From contig CM119270.1 in the NCBI GenBank assembly GCA_051294375.1, positions 1,622,833 through 1,645,002 of the forward strand: a DNA stretch of 22,170 nt, in the 5' to 3' direction. The first letter of the stretch is position 1. Every line of letters starts with the position of its first letter. This DNA comes from Paraspadella gotoi (taxonomy: Eukaryota; Animalia; Chaetognatha). The position numbers were made by a program, and so were the translations under genes. Below, piece after piece: positions 20,879-22,170 of the stretch. Below the pieces are notes generated by a model that was given only the letters and a program-made list of their open reading frames with translations, ran no database searches and was not told the origin of the DNA.

Positions 20879-21478
20879 CAAAGGTGCAACACAATTGCGT
20901 TTGTGGTGATGAGAATTGACAGTCCGAAATGACAGATGGCAGACGAAGGTATTGGAGGCAACAACAACTGTGCAATGACGACGGGAGATGGCATCATTAG
21001 GTCTAATGGCTTTAGTGGCCACAGAATATCTTATTGTTAAGCAGACTCTCTTTTTGATGACAACGACAAAGTCGCTTCTTGCAGATTCTGACATCGAGGC
21101 CGATTCGAAAAATATTCATCGGGCGAAAAAAGTCATCCGATTGTATTTTGAGACATGCGATCACATGACATGCAATCACACGACGTCGAGATGCTGTCAG
21201 ATTTAAAATGAAGTCAAATTCCCTCCCTCTCCNNNNNNNNNNNNNNNNNNNNNNNNNNNNNNNNNNNNNNNNNNNNNNNNNNNNNNNNNNNNNNNNNNNN
21301 NNNNNNNNNNNNNNNNNNNNNNNNNNNNNNNNNNNNNNNNNNNNNNNNNNNNNNNNNNNNNNNNNNNNNNNNNNNNNNNNNNNNNNNNNNNNNNNNNNNN
21401 NNNNNNNNNNNNNNNNNNNNNNNNNNNNNNNNNNNNNNNNNNNNNNNNNNNNNNNNNNNNNNNNNNNNNNNNNNCCAG

Positions 21479-21682
21479 CACGCCGACCCCTCACGTCTTC
21501 CTTCTCCGATTCCTCTCACGCTCATCCTCTTCTCCCGCCGCCTCAACCGCGCAAGAGAGACTTCAACGGTCTCTCTCTACAACAACAACAACAAAGACAA
21601 CAACAACAGAGACAACAACAACAACAACATTCTGGGAAAAGAAACTTTGCAACTAGAAACAATTGCAACACCAACAACACAG
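21479..21682 (+). CDS. Internal exon (ARRPLTSSFSDSSHAHPLLPPPQPRKRDF...polyQ...NTNNT)
   Basis: CCAG| just after a gap (the 5' end could extend into the gap); donor CAG|GTGAGA at 21683; 204 nt, phase 1-1, matching the ...SIDK-G exit at 19477. Confidence 0.65.
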
Positions 21683-22170
21683 GTGAGAGAGAGAGAGAGA
21701 NNNNNNNNNNNNNNNNNNNNNNNNNNNNNNNNNNNNNNNNNNNNNNNNNNNNNNNNNNNNNNNNNNNNNNNNNNNNNNNNNNNNNNNNNNNNNNNNNNNN
21801 NNNNNNNNNNNNNNNNNNNNNNNNNNNNNNNNNNNNNNNNNNNNNNNNNNNNNNNNNNNNNNNNNNNNNNNNNNNNNNNNNNNNNNNNNNNNNNNNNNNN
21901 NNNNNNNNNNNNNNNNNNNNNNNNNNNNNNNNNNNNNNNNNNNNNNNNNNNNNNNNNNNNNNNNNNNNNNNNNNNNNNNNNNNNNNNNNNNNNNNNNNNN
22001 NNNNNNNNNNNNNNNNNNNGTTTGGGAAAGGATCACGATATTACCAATTACTCAGAAAACCCTTTTACTTTCAAAATCGAAAATAAAAACCCAATTCCGG
22101 GTTTTGTTCTGTGAGAACCGAACGGCCTGTCTCTGCCTGATCGCCTGGGCCTGTCCTCGCCTAATCGTCA

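Noticed and set aside
20880-21206. Decayed LINE/RTE ORF2 tail (LRLW..RNDRWQTKVLE) or a further exon
   Set aside because: Only a few residues resemble the motif, multiple stops, no GRP..RW continuation and no clear splice pair.

Overview
Draft-quality eukaryotic DNA, most likely animal: AT-rich, full of (GA/CT)n and (AAAAG)n microsatellites, GT-AG splice signals, TTAGGG-like repeats and several N gaps. An annelid-like origin is only an impression. I see no prokaryotic gene, rRNA, tRNA, CRISPR array or intact transposase, and most listed ORFs are microsatellite or gap artefacts. The supportable content is: (1) a plus-strand multi-exon gene from ~14.9 kb past 21.7 kb encoding a Pro/Gln/His-rich disordered protein with RPLP (SH3-ligand-like) and NPF motifs, apparently frameshifted by assembly indels; (2) a divergent minus-strand gene with a first coding exon at 12514-12380 and probable exons towards 2 kb; (3) a ~2 kb direct duplication around an N gap, probably an assembly overlap; (4) two degenerate MITE-like elements filled with telomere-like repeats; (5) a 53-bp minisatellite that multiplies an exon-end 5' splice site, each copy inside a U1-mimicking hairpin. 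Item 5 is the most interesting. I found no convincing new multi-gene system and could assign no gene symbol.
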